A stretch of 64,000 nt of DNA from Azolla caroliniana (GCA_043228905.1 JBHGNT010000004.1:25730001-25794000), one strand, 5' to 3'; counted from the stretch's first letter, positions 49,556 to 64,000 are shown. Translations and numbers: made by a program. Notes: a model not told the origin generated them from the letters alone.

Positions 49556-52500
49556 GTTTCATTCCTTTTCGCATTTCCTTTTCTTCCTCTCAATTGTAGA
49601 CCTGTAGCTCAAAATGTCTGTTGTTTGGCCTCATCATCAATCAAGAAATACAACATCACATCTTTGTACCCCTAGGTTTTGCAGAGATGAGCTTTTTGTA
49701 ACTGGAGAAATCTGAGAGCAGATCAAGAAAGAATGCTTGCCAGATCTTGTAATATTTGGCGGATCCGAGTAACAGCGAAATTTGATTTCAGATTTAATAG
49801 CATGAATTACAAGTTTTAGATCTCACCGTAGCTTTCATTAAGGCCATTCTCTGTGAGATTGATGTTAGATCTAGTATTCACAAATCATCCTCATTGAGAG
49901 TCACATCAGAGAGCTCATATATCAGATTTAGTTTTCACAGTGTCCTCATTGTGGATTCCGTCAAGGTGCTTCTGTGTGATTTTCTTTTCAGATCTATTAT
50001 CTTGAGATATTCACACAGTGCTATCTTCGTGGCTTTGATCTAGAAATAATCATGATGTGAATTTGGTGTAAAGTTATGGCATCTTGAGGTATTTGACAAT
50101 CTCTCTCTCTTTCTCTCTCACACACTGACACACTGACACTCTCTCTGGCTGTTGGCTTGGTAGTTTACACTGTATCATCGAAAGTCATATTAATTGAGAG
50201 AACCCAAGTTTGATCCACGTCATGGGCTAGGCTTCGTATCATAGATCACAATTGGTCTTCCATGGATGCGAAAAATAAATCTATCTATCTATCTCCTCTG
50301 GAAGAGAACCAGTTTTTTATTTAAGATTTAATAAAAGTTTTGGTATTTATAGGCTTTCACAAAGTTCATACTTGTGGTTATGGATGAGGAAGCCAATCAC
50401 ATTGTAGTTCATGTTTGTCGCAGCATCTGTTTATCACCTTGTTGTTACTGAGAATTTGATGTTGAATCTAGCATGTATAATTATTATATTTATTTGCCAT
50501 ATCATCTGGTTATCTAATTTGTGTCTCAATGATTTCATAATTCAATAGATCTCATGTATTTCTTGCGCATAGAATATGTAATTGTGGAGAAAATACCTTT
50601 TGTTCTTCTAATAAGTATTATTGGGAATAAATATATTTATTCTTCTGCAAACGTTTATTGTGGAGAAAATACGTTTTTTTCTTTCAATTAGGTTATTATG
50701 GTGATAAACCCTTTCTTCGTGCACTGTGTAGATGGCTGGGAGAGTCGGTGGGTGAAGTCAGACTGGAAAAAAAGTGAGGACGCTGCTGGAGATTGGGTTC
50801 ACACTGCTGGAAAATGGCATGGAGATTCAAATGACAAAGGTAGTATTCATTCTCTCTCTTGTAGCGAACATTATTTTTTGAGTACAGAAAACTGTTTGAT
50901 CCAATGCATTCATCATCTTCTTCTTTAGTTTTAAAACTTTCGCTTCTGTCAGGTATTCAAACTTCTCCGGATTCTCGATTTTTTGCCATCTCTGCTGAAT
51001 TTCCTGAGTTCAGCAACAAGGGGAAGAACCTTGTGCTTCAGTTCTCCGTAAAGCATGAGCAAAATCTTGATTGTGGTGGTGGTTATATAAAGTTGCTGAG
51101 TGGTGATGTGGATCAGTCTTCATTTGGTGGAGATACACCTTACAGGTCCTAACCTAGGAAAACACAAATACTTTTTTCTTTTTCTTTTATAATGAATGAT
51201 TTGAAGTTTAATAATGAATGGTCAGAAATTATAATCAAAAGAATGTCTATATGAGAAAACATGAACAAATTTATTTTTTATTTGTTACAATAACATTTCA
51301 TCAAAACTTTGTCTGAAATTCCGCCTGAATCCTTCTACAGTGTGAACACAATTTAAAAAACATGGAAGTTTTATATGAAATGTTCTTGAGATGTTTCGTT
51401 GAAACTTTGAAATGAAGTCCTATAGCAATCCTTTCTTTCTTTAGTGCTGATGAAATATATGTGGTTCTTTTTTGTTTTTTCAGCATCATGTTTGGACCTG
51501 ACATCTGTGGATACAGTACCAAGAAGGTTCATGTCATTCTGAATTACAAGGGGAAAAACCATCCCATTGAGAAAGACATTCCTTGTGAAACTGACCAGCT
51601 AACCCATGTTTATACCCTCATTATAAAGCCTGACAACACTTATGTTGTGCTGGTGGATAATGAAGAGAAGCAATCAGGTAGTTTATTCAAAGATTGGAAA
51701 ATGCTCCCTCCACAAAAGATCATAGATCCTGAAGCTGAGAAAGTGAGTGAGCGAGTTTCACATTTTTTTGTTCTCACCATTCTCTCTATCTTTAAAGTTG
51801 TATGTGTTTGCTTATCGTAAAAGTGTTGGTTTTAGCCTGAGGATTGGGATGACAATGAATACATTGAGGATCCTGAAGATACAAAACCAGAGGTGACATT
51901 TATGCTCAGATTATTTTGGAATTTCCATTCATTGCCCCAGAGTGATATCTTTACATGAAAACCGTCAGTTTCATGTGCGTTTGCTCTGAACATTGACAGG
52001 GGTATGATGATATTCCAGCTGAAATAGTTGATCCCGAAGCCACAAAGGTAGTATCGTCTTTTGATGAATATTCTAGAGTAATGTGTGGAATTGTTTGATG
52101 CTCAAATTCATGATATGGGTTTCTCGATCAGCCTGAGGACTGGGAAGATGAGGAGGATGGTGAGTGGAAAGCTCCGACTATCCCTAATCCTGAGTATAAG
52201 GGCCCATGGAAGGCTAAGGTATACATAAATCCGTTTTCCACATTGACATTCTAAAATTTTGTCTGTAAATATTTTACTGGAATGTATTTTTTATTAAAAG
52301 TGTTTTGGTCATTGAAAATCTTCTACTTTCAAATGAATGGTTGTAGATTTGGAATTTCTAAGATTTAGTTCTGCATTGTCTCTACTCAACATCATATAGT
52401 AGGGATTGTTGCAAGATTAAAATTTTAAACAATTAAGTACATAGAACTCATGAAACCCGTCCATCCATTTATTTATGTAGACTATAATATGAAGGTCATC

Positions 52501-53973
52501 TAAAAACGGACATGTGTTAATAGTTTATGTCCATAAATTTTCTCATTTTTTATTGGATGCAGAAAATTAAGAACCCTGCCTATAAAGGGAAGTGGAAAGC
52601 TCCATTGATTGATAATCCTGGTAAACTTATTTCTCTTTATCCAGGGTTTTTCTTGTTTATTTAATGTTTTTTGAATCGTTTGCGCAATTTTATGAACTAT
52701 ATTGAAAGTTAGACTGTTTGCATTCATATGGTCACTACTAGATTTCGAGGATGATGCTGAACTCTATGTCTTCCAAAATTTGAAGTATGTGGGATTCGAG
52801 CTGTGGCAGGTATAACTTTTTTCCATGTTTATATTCTTACTTTAGAATGTTCACATCATCATTTGAGAAGCTTCTCTGCAGGACATCATCATTATTCTTC
52901 AAAAAATTCTAGAGTTCCTCTACAATCTGGACAAACATGTTCATACAAAATAATGATAGGGTCTTTGACATATCTGTAGAATCTTCAAAGTTAATGGCTT
53001 CATGCTGAGATATTGTGATCGTTCTCTGTAGGTCAAAGCAGGCTCACTGTTTGATAACATATTGGTAACCGATGATATCGAATATGCCAAAACATTTGCA
53101 GAAGAAACTTGGGGCAAGAATAAGGAGGTTAGTTCTATCATCTCTGTGGATTTTTTAAACTTTGGTATGTATTATTTTTAATTTTATCTCATTTAATCCT
53201 TTCACTGGCTTGATGTAACAGCTTGAGAAGAAAGCCTTTGATGAGACACAAAAGGCCAAGGATGAGGTGGGGTTTCTTGTTATTGCGATGTTTTTAAACA
53301 TTAAAAGTCATTAAGTTTTGACATGATTATGACCTTTAACTTACACCAAATTGTGCTTTAACAAGAAATAAACAAAATTGTTAGTACAATTTATTATCAT
53401 CATACATTTAACATTTTAGTTTGAAGAACACACATACACACACATATAGGTTCTATCAGAATTTTTTCCGTTACAAATATCTCCCTATCATTAATTTGCG
53501 TTCCGTTCAAAATTCTAAGATGTTCCAATATCTCCTTGTCAATGTTAAATGTTCCAATACCTCCCTATCAAAACATTTGCTGAAGAAACACATTCTAATT
53601 GGAACATTCACCATGCAAGTTCAACGTTCCAATTTGAATGTGTTTGAATGAGGCTTGATTGGTTTACTAACACTATTTCATCCAATTTCAGGAAACAAAG
53701 AAACACGACGATGTTGATGACGAGGACATTGATGTAAGTGCCCTCCTTGAATGTGCATATTGCCAGCGTTTTACTTGTATGTTCATTTTACAGACACTAA
53801 CCAATTTCTTGATGCAAAATGTGGATCATAGGATGAGCAGGACTCTGGGTCAGATGAGGAAGATGCTCATGTAAGATAATTAATCATTGTTTGATTTTGA
53901 TTGATTTCATTCTATAATATGTACATCGAATTATTACTTACTGGGATTTCTTTACATACAGGATGAGCTATGA
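49273..53973 (+). CDS. CRT: Calreticulin (acidic-tailed CRT1/2 type), 405 aa, 14 exons
   Basis: Exons 49273-49378, 50732-50839, 50953-51145, 51484-51742, 51836-51892, 52000-52047, 52132-52218, 52563-52620, 52742-52809, 53032-53127, 53222-53266, 53692-53733, 53832-53870 and 53962-53973. All GT-AG, total 1218 nt in frame. Signal peptide, [25 protein letters not shown]-domain KPEDWD repeats, ELWQVKAG and C-terminal HDEL. Confidence 0.97.
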
Positions 53974-55617
53974 TTCTTCCAATTGACACGGTAGAAACAC
54001 GACTTTCTTAATACGATGTTGCGGATGGTTGGTTAGTTTCGGAATGAAAGGACATGTGTAATGGGGAAAACCCTTTTGTATTGAGCAATGAACACTTTTG
54101 TTTGTGCATTCAATTGCACTATCAAATTTTGAAATGGAATGCACTCTAGCAATTAATTCATCATCTCCCTTTGTTATATCTTCATTTGTTATATGGTATG
54201 TTTTATGAGTATGAGAATTATAGCAAGACTGGATTGTGGTGGAGTGGCATTTTGGTAAATTGCCCATATATTAGGTTTTTATTCAAGGAAAACCATGTGG
54301 TCAACTGTGTTGTGTGCCCTTCTATCTCATTCCTTCCCATGCGGTCTTAGTTCATAACCCAAACAAATTTTGTTGTAGATAGTTGTATATTGATCTATAG
54401 AAAAGTTGCATTGTATTGCTAGCAGCATGATTAATATGAATATCTATTCGGCCTTATTTTTATTCTTATGGTGAAGAAACAATGTTCCTATGAATGTGTA
54501 TCAATAGATTTGAATTGGGAATAGGAAACACAAGAGTTGTGGGACTCTTAATTCTCATATGATTAATTGATATGAATTGTTTATAGCTTGCCAATGTATT
54601 TATAGCCCTAAAATTTTGCTATTTGTCTTTTGCCAAAATCTTGCGTGGAAACGTTGAAATGTATGAGTGGGGCTTGCTCTTCAAATTTTAATGTGAACAT
54701 TTGCATTACTTAATCTGGTAGAGGATAGTTTGTCAAAAGAGAACAAAATGGGATGCAATATCTTAATAGAGCAAGCAAATGAGCTTGAAGCGTGTCATCA
54801 AATACCAAGCTAACGTACATATTTATGTGAGAAATTGTGCATATGTGGGTATCTAGAGCATCCCTATTGAAATGCTACCTCATTGATGAAAATAGTTAGG
54901 TAGCATTAATCTAATTGTGCTCTCCACGCAAATGTTCCTCAATAACTAAGAAACACAATTGGCATGAAAACCATTTTCGAAAAGGACAATGGAGGATCAC
55001 GTGGATTACCAGCACTTGCAATGCTCTCGTGCATTTGTTTGCAGATTCTAACTGACCAGTTAATGTGGATGTCGGGTTCTTCAACTACTATAGGGAACCA
55101 AGTAAGAACCCAAATAACCCCCCCCCCCCCCCAAAAAAAAAGAGGAAGGACAAAGCAACTCATACATATGGTGTCCTCCGTAAGAAAGTCTCATCCTCGA
55201 CGTAATGGGCAGACTTTATTACAAAGTGCAACGATTGGAAGAAGTACGTTGTTGTTATGTCTTGTCTCTGTATGTATGTATGTATGTATGTATGTATGTA
55301 TGTATGTATGTTGGTGGTGGGTGTGGTGAGAAGAAGCTAGCGGGCGAAGAAAGGAGTAAGGGCCGGCACAGAGCAGATAGCTGAGAGCCGACAACGAGGA
55401 GATTGATCGATGGTCTCCGGAAGGAAGAGGCTGGCTATATATGTCCGGGCGGACAAGTGTGAAAGCAGGCACCTTCTAGATCCTTCCTTCTTCTGGATCA
55501 AATTCCTCCATCAAACACACTCTTCAGCTTTGGAAAACAGACAGACCAGAGCTCCTTCCTTCATCATCACATCTCTCCTCTCCTTCTCTGTATTCTCCTC
55601 CTCCTTCTTCATCTGCA

Positions 55618-58238
55618 ATGGCATCTTGCTCCTCTTCTTCTTCCCCTTCTCTGCACTTGGGCGCGTCCTCCCTGTTAGACAGCAAGGTTTTCCATGGACT
55701 CAAGCTTCCTTCTTCCTCGCTCTCTCTTCCTGTTCGAACAAAGCCTCTACACCTCGGCCGACTTAGAGCTGCCTCGACTGTGGCTGCTAACAAGGTAATT
55801 TCCCTAAAAAGAGTGAAAGAAACCAATTTTTCCGTGGATTTTTGGTGAATCTCATATCTTGTGAAGGATGGCGTTTCTGTGAAATCTTAATATCGATTAG
55901 GATGTCCTAAGACCCTAACGTGCTTCTGAGGTTCATCTAGTCATTCTGGAGCCGACCTAATTTATTATTCGTCTTTCGCTTGTTAGTCGGAACCCTAGCT
56001 ATCAGGGTTTAGCTCGCGTGTCTATGGGGTTAGCCTAAACCTCTTAACTCTTGGGGTCTGTTCAGTGATTCTGAACGCTTGCTGTGGGGGTTTAAACGTC
56101 TAGTCTGATCCCTAACTCTTACAGTCCCCCCCCCCCCCCCCCCCTTCCCCTACTGTGAACGTCTAGTCTGGCCCCTCACTATGAGCTTTGCTCATCAGTT
56201 CTGAAACTCTACTTGGTGAATCCATAAGCTTGAGGTTGTTTGGTCGTGAGCAGTTTACAGTGCTTCCCATGCCTGAAGTAGAAGCAAGTTGTTAGGAATT
56301 ACCACAAAATTCTTAGAGTTACGAGGAATGCAAGGATCTTTTTCTTGATGTTTTAATTACGACGGTTTCTACATGGCCATAATTTCTATGCTGTTGATGT
56401 TATCCTTGTTTTTCATTATTGTACCCAAGTTTGATCCAAAGGAGGCTTTGTACTTTGGTTGTGATCAATTTGTACAAAAGGTTTTAGCACAATCTCCATT
56501 GTTGATGAGGTGTTGTCAAACATTGTGTATACAGTTCACCACATTGAAACCCTTGGCTGACCGAGTGTTAGTTAAGATTCAAGCTGCTGAAGAGAAGACA
56601 ACTGCTGGTATTTTGCTTCCCTCGACAGCTGTTTCAAAACCTCAAGGTGGAGAAGTAGTCGCTGTAGGTGAAGGTAGATTGATTGGCGAGAAGAAGATTG
56701 AAGTGAGCCTTGAGGTTTGTTGTACTCTCTATATACATACAATGCTCTCTTTCAATACATGTATATTTGTTTGTTTTTCGTGAATGTATAGCATGTATGT
56801 GTATGTATGCAGCTTGTATAGTATATATGGTGCACTCTATAGTAGTATGTATCTATGTGTATACTATATTGCATATATGTATGTAAGGTGTGTATGTATG
56901 GTATGTTTATGTTGCATGCATATACGCAATTATTTTCTAGATTGTTGTAACTAATAACATTGTTTGGTTTTTCTTCTATAGACAGGAAAGAATGTAGTGT
57001 ATTCCAAGTATGCTGGAACAGAGATAGATTTCAATGGAGTTAGCCATCTTTTATTGAAGGAGGATGACATTGTAGGTATTCTTGAGACCGATGATATCCA
57101 AGACTTGCAACCATTGAATGACAGAGTGCTTATTGAGGTTTGGCTTTCACTGGAATGCTTAACTTCCCTCCCTTGATTTTGTTTTCTCTAATACTGACCC
57201 AGAAGGATTGTCATCTTTTAGGTTGCTGCAGCAGAGGATAAAACAGCTGGTGGTGTCTTGCTAACGGATTCCGCAAAAGAGAAACCTGTCATTGGAACGG
57301 TGTGTATTATGTCTACATGACTGTTTTGTTTGAGATGGGCGATTTGATTCAAGTATCCTTACAAGTTTAAAAATACTAAATGCTTTAAACACCATGATAG
57401 AGAAACCCTTAGATGATTGGTATGGATTTATAGTTTCTAAAATCTTAAAAGCATGTGATGGAAAAGCAGTAATGGAAATATCACGGCTGTCGAATTCACT
57501 ACTTGCTTGATATATCTTAAGTCAAGATTCACAGTTAACTGCCATTTGCATGCCGTGGTTGCTTCCTAAATCCATTATAGAGAAACCTATATTTTGGACT
57601 GTGGTGTTCCTTTCCCTGATAGGAAATGTATATGCTATGCTCTGAAAGCTGAAATCCATAGTAGAGAAACCCGGAAGGTAGGATGGGATGTACTTCAATT
57701 GTTAAAATCTCTAAACCCTTTCACCCTGATATAGACCAAACTGGAACAGTGTTGATCGTGATTTTCAATATGCACCCTTAATTTCACATGATTCAAACTT
57801 CCTAAACCATGAAATGTTATACTCTATATCACACCTCACCTTGTTTCACATGATTCAAACTTCCTAAACCATGATTGTTAACTCTAAATCCCATCCCCTT
57901 GTCTCAGATGATTCGAACTTCCTACCTACTGGTCCATCCATGTAACAATCCCCCTATTCTACGTCCAGTTTATTTTCTGTTTTAAGGATAATGTTCATAG
58001 ACTCTAATATTTTACAGTCCACAGAGAACATATTATTATATCATACCCTGTTTCTACTCCGCAGGTTAAGGCTGTTGGACCTGGTGTATATGGTGAGGAT
58101 GGCAATCGGAAGCCCTTGGAGATTCCAGTTGGAAGCAGTGTGATGTACTCAAAGTATGCGGGTAGTGACTACAAATCTAAGGATGGTACACAATACATAG
58201 TTGTGAAAGCTGGTGATTTATTAGCTCTGCTTTCTTAA
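55618..58238 (+). CDS. CPN20: Chloroplast 20 kDa co-chaperonin (tandem GroES domains), 254 aa, 5 exons
   Basis: Exons 55618-55794, 56535-56714, 56982-57137, 57222-57299 and 58065-58238, all GT-AG, total 765 nt. Ser-rich transit peptide. Two GroES repeats: [28 protein letters not shown] and [27 protein letters not shown]. Confidence 0.97.
57782..57925. repeat. Degenerate ~60-bp triple repeat in CPN20 intron 4
   Basis: Core TTTCACATGATTCAAACTTCCTAAACCATGA occurs twice, followed by a diverged third copy ATGATTCGAACTTCCTA. Confidence 0.75.
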
Positions 58239-58274
58239 GTGATGAGTATTGGAGTTAGTAAGTAGTATGCGGCT

Positions 58275-58331
58275 TTACACTATATGGTCTTGTTGCTAGA
58301 TCTTACACTGATATGGTCTTGTTGCTAGATC
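58275..58331. repeat. 28/29-bp tandem duplication in CPN20 3' UTR
   Basis: TTACACT(G)ATATGGTCTTGTTGCTAGATC twice. Confidence 0.85.
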
Positions 58332-61011
58332 CTTAACCCTAAACCCATAGAGAGCTAGACAAGAAGCAAAGTTTTATTATTGTTCCACCATGTATTAATT
58401 TATAGTGATAAAGAATGAAATTTTTGCAATGTATGTTAAAACTTCTTGAAATTGTCCTGGGTATCCTGAAATATGTTAAAATTGTACTGGACAATCCAAA
58501 AAATTGTTTTGTAATATGTTACTATGTGAAATTTCACTTTGAGCTATTCTTGGATGATGACATTTGTACAAAGATTGTGTGAATGAATCCTTGCCTTATG
58601 ACTTCAGTGACCAATATATCTATCCCTGTTCTGCAAAGGTATACCCCCTGAAACTTTTGAAGGGGCGTGAGATAATCATGTTGAGAAGTCTGGCAATGTC
58701 CAGCAGAATGAGCCATTAAAGAGTTCCAATGCAAATGTGTAATCAATAGTTTAAAGAGTATGTTGCCTTGTGCTCTGTATTTTTTTGACTATTTTATTCT
58801 TCTCTCTTTATTCAAATGGGAATTTTCTCCCATGCCAAGTTTGCAGTTGTCTTTAATGTTGTCAATACACCAAAATTGCGTGTTATCTCCCTAACACCAA
58901 GCATTCTTTACCTCCAAATGTGTAGCCACCATCAATGGAATCATTGTTGGTTCCAATTGGAAAAATTGATAGATGTAGTTTGGGAATGTCCAAATTTTCT
59001 TAAACTTTGTGATGAGCATTGCAATTGGAAACACATCTTTGAGGTTTAGATAAATGATTTTGCAATTGTGGGGTTATCATGATGGACACGAGAATATGGC
59101 AAGGTCCAATATTGATTTGTTAATTTTAGGGACTTTAATGTTGAAACCTCCATGCCAAGTCTCTGTCCCTAGTTTTGGACAAACGTTTTTTGACAAGATT
59201 TGTTTGGGCCCTTAATTGGTGGGAAAGTGTGTGATGGGTGTTATAGGTCGTCTATAGGATAGTAGGAGGTGAGAGGTCCTTCTCATTGTACATTGGAAAA
59301 GTGCATTTGGGCGTCATGGCTATCAATGTGTCTCTGAAGTCTCTAAGGTTTTGGCGTGTACGTCATATTGTAAATTTCACTTATGATGTAGCTTTCTTTT
59401 TGTGCCAGTTTGTCCAACTTAAAAGTTGTCCATAAGTGGTCCTTGTACTTAGTTAGAGCAACTCAACAACAATGGGGCTAATGGGAGATATTAATTTGAT
59501 CCATGGATATGGCATTTTGGTTGTGATAGTTGAGGTGCCTCTTTGGAGCTGATGGATTTTTAGAGGCCACAACTAGTTTAGTGGCACATAAGGAACTAGT
59601 TGTATGGATGCATTTGATTAATAAGTTGTGGAGAGAAGTGGGGGTTTAGTAGCTTGTGGTTGGGTATACAACTTGTGAAATTCCTTATAAAAAGAACCTA
59701 AAAAACACATATGATTGAGGATTTAAGGCTCAATTCGATAGTAACATCATCAAAAGAAAAAGAGAAAAACCCGTTGGAGATCTTAAATTACAAAAGCTCT
59801 TTGAGCATCTCGATGTTCCCCCAAAAGCTAGAAACATATGGTCTAGAAATGCTCTTAGCTTCTCAATAGTATTTTTGTACAAGTGTCAAGAAACAATCAA
59901 TCAAGTATTAATTTGGCAAGACATTTACACAAAAAAAGCATGCATCATTTTGGCTTTCAAAATGATTTGATAGTTTGGTCACTTTTGTTATCAAGAAAAA
60001 AGCTTTATGTAGATACTAGAGTGGTTGGAGATGGGAGATGGGAGATGTGTAGTGTTGTATGGTTGTCCTTTATGAGAATATTGTTCTTATGCATGTATGG
60101 ACTCACATGCATACATTGTATATTGTATATCAATTTGACCTTAAAATTGTACATAGAGTTGCTATGACATGATGCAAATCCATAGTGTATATCTATTTTC
60201 ATTCAAGGGTCTCGTTGGAAACTTCATAAATTCGTAAACAATCATGAACTTGACATTTCATGTTGAGCTCGGTTTTTAAAAATATTCAAATGACGGGTTA
60301 CTACAATCTAGATATAGGTCATAATTCAATGTCGAAAGTTTAGGTTGCGAAACGACACTTTTAATTTTGGTACGGTGTATAGAACAAGAAAGAAGAATGT
60401 AGGAAACAGTAGAACGTTTTCCTAAACTTGGATGAGATTACAGTGTATAGTGGACATATTTTCTTTGCCTTATTATAACATATTGCACACATTCGATTTA
60501 GATTCTTGAATAGGAAAGAAAATGTAGAAAACAATAGAACGTTTTATAAAATTGGATGAGACTACAATGCACATATTTTTTCGTCTTATTATAACATGTT
60601 GGACACATGGGCTGCCCAAAGACTCCTTTAAATTTTGGTGTGGTAAGAATGTAGAATTTTTTCGAGTTGTGTGGCTAGTGACAAACACTTTTATAATTCT
60701 TTTGTTATGCTATCAAAATGTTGTGGGCACATGGGACTACATCCAAGCGAAATCTTCGACTTAATAAATTAAAAGGGGGACATGGTTTCTCTTCTAAAGC
60801 AAGGTTAGATGATCCCTTCAAATATTTGATTTCCCAAAGCATGGTTTGATAGCTTGTGCCAGCTTTCATAACTTTTGGCATTGACTAGGAAAAAATCATA
60901 AATTAACCACATTTTTGCCCATGTCACTTAATATTGGGAAATGGGAAACATGAAAAAAACCGAACAATACTCATTAAAAGAATGTAAAAGAATATTGCTT
61001 CAATTAAAAAA

Positions 61012-61685
61012 TGTTGGGAAAACTGGTTCCTCTGGACAGGAAGAACACAATTTGGATATTGCACAAGGAGCCGGATCGTCAGGAGCCGATTAAGCATCGA
61101 TTGAAGAGATAAGCCAAATCAGTCAATAGCTAACTCAGCCGAGGCCGAAAAATTAATTGACCGATAATCGATTGATAACCAATTCGGCTAGTAGCCGAAT
61201 CTACTAAAGCCGACTCAGGGCTATATTTGTAAATAGCTTCAATGTGCCTATTGTGGGCTATATTTGTAAATAGTCATATATGTATATGAGTATAAATATA
61301 GTTAGGGCAAGCAATTATGGTGTGTGTGTCAACCATTGTAACTAGTGCATTAGAAGCCATTGTATCTAGTGCATTAGAAGGTGTAACTAGAGAGTAGGAG
61401 AGAGGGAGTGTGTGTCAGTGTTGTAACTCTGTTGTAACTGTCGCCTAACGAAGAGGAGCTTAAGGTTGTTGCCTTAGAGTCTCTTGTGTATTCCACCTAT
61501 CATAGTGATATAATTTGGAGTTTGTGGACTCTCGTGGTTTTTTCCCATTCAGTGCTTTCCACGATAAAATATGTGTCTCTGTACTTTCTACTTTGTTATT
61601 GTCTGTTGTTTCTTGGTTGTCTTGGTTCTTGTGTCTCTCATTTTGTACGTGTTGACCAGTTGTGGTCGGCTTCATATTCTTAACA
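61012..61685 (+). mobile_element. Solo LTR, 674 bp (probably Copia)
   Basis: TGTT..AACA termini with flanks AAAAA/AAAAC (near-perfect 5-bp TSD). Internal TATAAAT and duplicated GGGCTATATTTGTAAATAG. GGTTTTTTCCC..TTTCCACG U5-like block. No adjacent PBS or PPT. Confidence 0.8.
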
Positions 61686-61689
61686 AAAA

Positions 61690-62196
61690 CCCTCAATCAA
61701 CCTACGCATAGAACTTCCCCCAAGCAAATTACGATTGGACCCTTCATGTCATTTCTCAGTTATCAAGCAATCTCTATTGAATCGATTTTATTTCGTGCAC
61801 AAGTTTTCTTTTATTGTCACACATCAACATGTTTTCGTATGGACAACCTTTTTGAGGACAACCATGAATTATAGGTTGAGCTCTTGCTTTAATTTTCTTT
61901 TCTTTTAACGAGATAATATGCATGAAAATATCACAAATGTTTGCATTCAAGGCATAAGAAATGCTAGCATAATCTTGTGACACATTTTTGTCATCAATTT
62001 GTTTCAGATAGTTGGCCATGGTGTTGTCATTGGAGGTGAATGTTGGTGGTATGTAGCTTTCCCTTGAACCTTTTGAGATGTAGGATATGTGTAGGAATTG
62101 AAGCATCATGATCGTGCCCCACAATTGTATTCTCTTCTCACGTGCTTGTGCAAAAGCATTGTCCTCGCCATTTGAATCTACTTTGGAATTATTCAC
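61690..62196 (-). pseudogene. Possible PIF/Harbinger transposase remnant
   Basis: ICDIFMHIISLKEKKIKARAQPI weakly resembles the pre-HTH segment. A frameshifted CVG-x-IEG near 61710-61690 resembles CVGAIDG. Weak similarity only. Confidence 0.25.
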
Positions 62197-62976
62197 ATGT
62201 GTTTCTAGAATAGATTGCTTGGAATCTCCACATCACTCCTCCTATAGACCGATCACTTGAGAATTAAACAACTCACAGTGTGCCATTACGGTACAAAACA
62301 TTTATAATTGGGTGCCTAGTTTTCGGATTCAAAATTTCGATGAAGCAAAAAAATAACAAGCACAATATGTTCCATGTATATGGACGTATATCACATAGCC
62401 AAAAGAACGGACAAAAATGTAACTTCACAAATACCATGTATTGAGACAAACTATCACTTACCAACCCTACGCAAATATTAAAAAGAAGGTAATCATTGAA
62501 ATACAATTGATTAATTGGACCTTGGTTTTAAGACAAATTATTTAGGCCTCTGATTAGCCCTAAAATCCCTATATTAATGGCTTCTTCTAAGGAAATATGT
62601 AAATGTTTTTCAAATATATATAGGCAAACATGCACGTATGTAAATCTTTATGCTGTCATGAGCCCACTAATGGATGGTCATAATGGAACTTTGAACTTCA
62701 AGGAGGTGACTAGACCTATCTTCGAAATTTTGATTTTTGGGACCCCTCTAACTAGTGCTTTTATTTTACCCTACACATTCTTCTAGTGTCCCTCGCATGA
62801 AACAAATAGTAATTGATCAAAACTATCATAGTCCAAGTGAAGAACCAAGGGTGTTGATTACTTTATTTTCAAGGTCCAACCATAAATTCAGGCCAAATAG
62901 AAACGTAGACCCAATCCACATCCATGATGGAGATTGTTACTCCACCCATAAAGGTAGGGCCAAGTAGGGGGCAAAA

Positions 62977-63469
62977 CGTTACACCCTGGTGCTAGGAACA
63001 CTCTGCGAATCGGCTACAACCGATTCGTAATCACAACTTACAAAACAGACAACACAAGTAGAAATAGGTTTGAAACATGACATGCACAAAGATTGACCCA
63101 AAAAGTATAGGTGTTCGATTACGTAACAAACAGTGTAATCATAGTCCAAAACCAAGTATAATCGGTATCACTCACTCACTCGATAAAAGCCTAGGATTAG
63201 GCCTTACTCACTCTGGCTTTGAATAGGTATCTCTGTCCCCTTGCCTTCATCACTTTACGATTTATATAGCTTCCTCTCTTCCTGGCGCGCTCCAACTACT
63301 TCCTCTTGATCCTCGGCCTTTGTTCTTGGTTGCTTGTATTTTGGTTACTTTCCCCTTCGGTTGCTATTGCTTGGCTCTTTTCATCTTTCACACTTGTCCT
63401 ACGCTCCGCTTTCACACTTTTCCTTTAAGGTTCTTTTCACACATCTTGCATTTTGTCCCACGGATAACA
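62977..63469 (-). mobile_element. Probable solo LTR
   Basis: Minus strand starts TGTTATCC and ends GTGTAACG (expected CA mutated). CTATATAAAT near 63260-63269. No TSD found. Confidence 0.45.
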
Positions 63470-64000
63470 GAGACATGATGCAACAATTTCATGCCATCAA
63501 GGTATAGGTTGGTTTATTTGATGAGGCTACATCATTACAACTATGCAAATAAATTGGTCATACACATGCGAGAACATGAATATCCAATAGATTTATGACA
63601 TCCACATATGTGCATATATTTAAGTTGCACTGCCTAGCAATAGGCACAAGTACATACTTTAATTTCATGACATTGCAACATACGTGCCTATGCTTGTGAC
63701 AATGTACTTCTTAATAAGTGTATAGAAATTAGAGGTCTATATGTTGTAAAGTTATTATGTACATGCATAAATGTTTCGATGTAGGTTTACATAGACTTCT
63801 TTCAATCATTTATGTGCAAAATAATAAGTTATAACCTCCTATGTTAATATGTGCACATGTAGTACCTGATTGTTTATATATATTGTTGTAGCAACAAGTT
63901 GAAAATATTAAAATTGAGCAACATGTGCTCCATAAAATAATTTCCATGGCATATTTGGTCATCGCCCTTTTAATTAGTCACCCCTAGATCATGAAGTAGT

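Noticed and set aside
49273-58238. Calreticulin and CPN20 as a functional chaperone cluster
   Set aside because: They act in different compartments (ER versus plastid) and have separate promoters. Adjacency alone is not evidence.
58500-61000. Short ORFs and possible MITE ends downstream of CPN20
   Set aside because: No convincing TIR/TSD pair or coding signature could be established by eye.

Overview
AT-rich nuclear DNA from a land plant. The L1 types and gene spacing suggest a seed-free lineage such as a fern, but that is inference only. Five protein-coding genes could be assembled by hand, the four spliced ones with GT-AG introns: a 76-aa membrane microprotein (minus, 2 exons), COP9 signalosome subunit 8 (5 exons), a LARP1-type La-motif protein (one long ORF), calreticulin (14 exons, ends HDEL) and chloroplast co-chaperonin CPN20 (5 exons). 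The rest is mostly transposon relics: five L1-type LINE copies (four with readable TSDs, one with a twin-priming inversion), an RTEX-like LINE nested in an L1, tRNA-derived SINEs, hAT MITEs, solo LTRs and tandem repeats. The strongest candidate for an undescribed system is a LINE/SINE pair. A ~100-bp tRNA-headed mini-SINE at the calreticulin core promoter carries the 3' tail of the RTEX-like LINE, including a stem-loop with a compensatory base-pair change. Also notable are a triplicated splice acceptor in CSN8 whose two extra copies lead to a premature stop, and the TatA/B-like topology of the microprotein. No database searches were run, and family names rest on recognised motifs.
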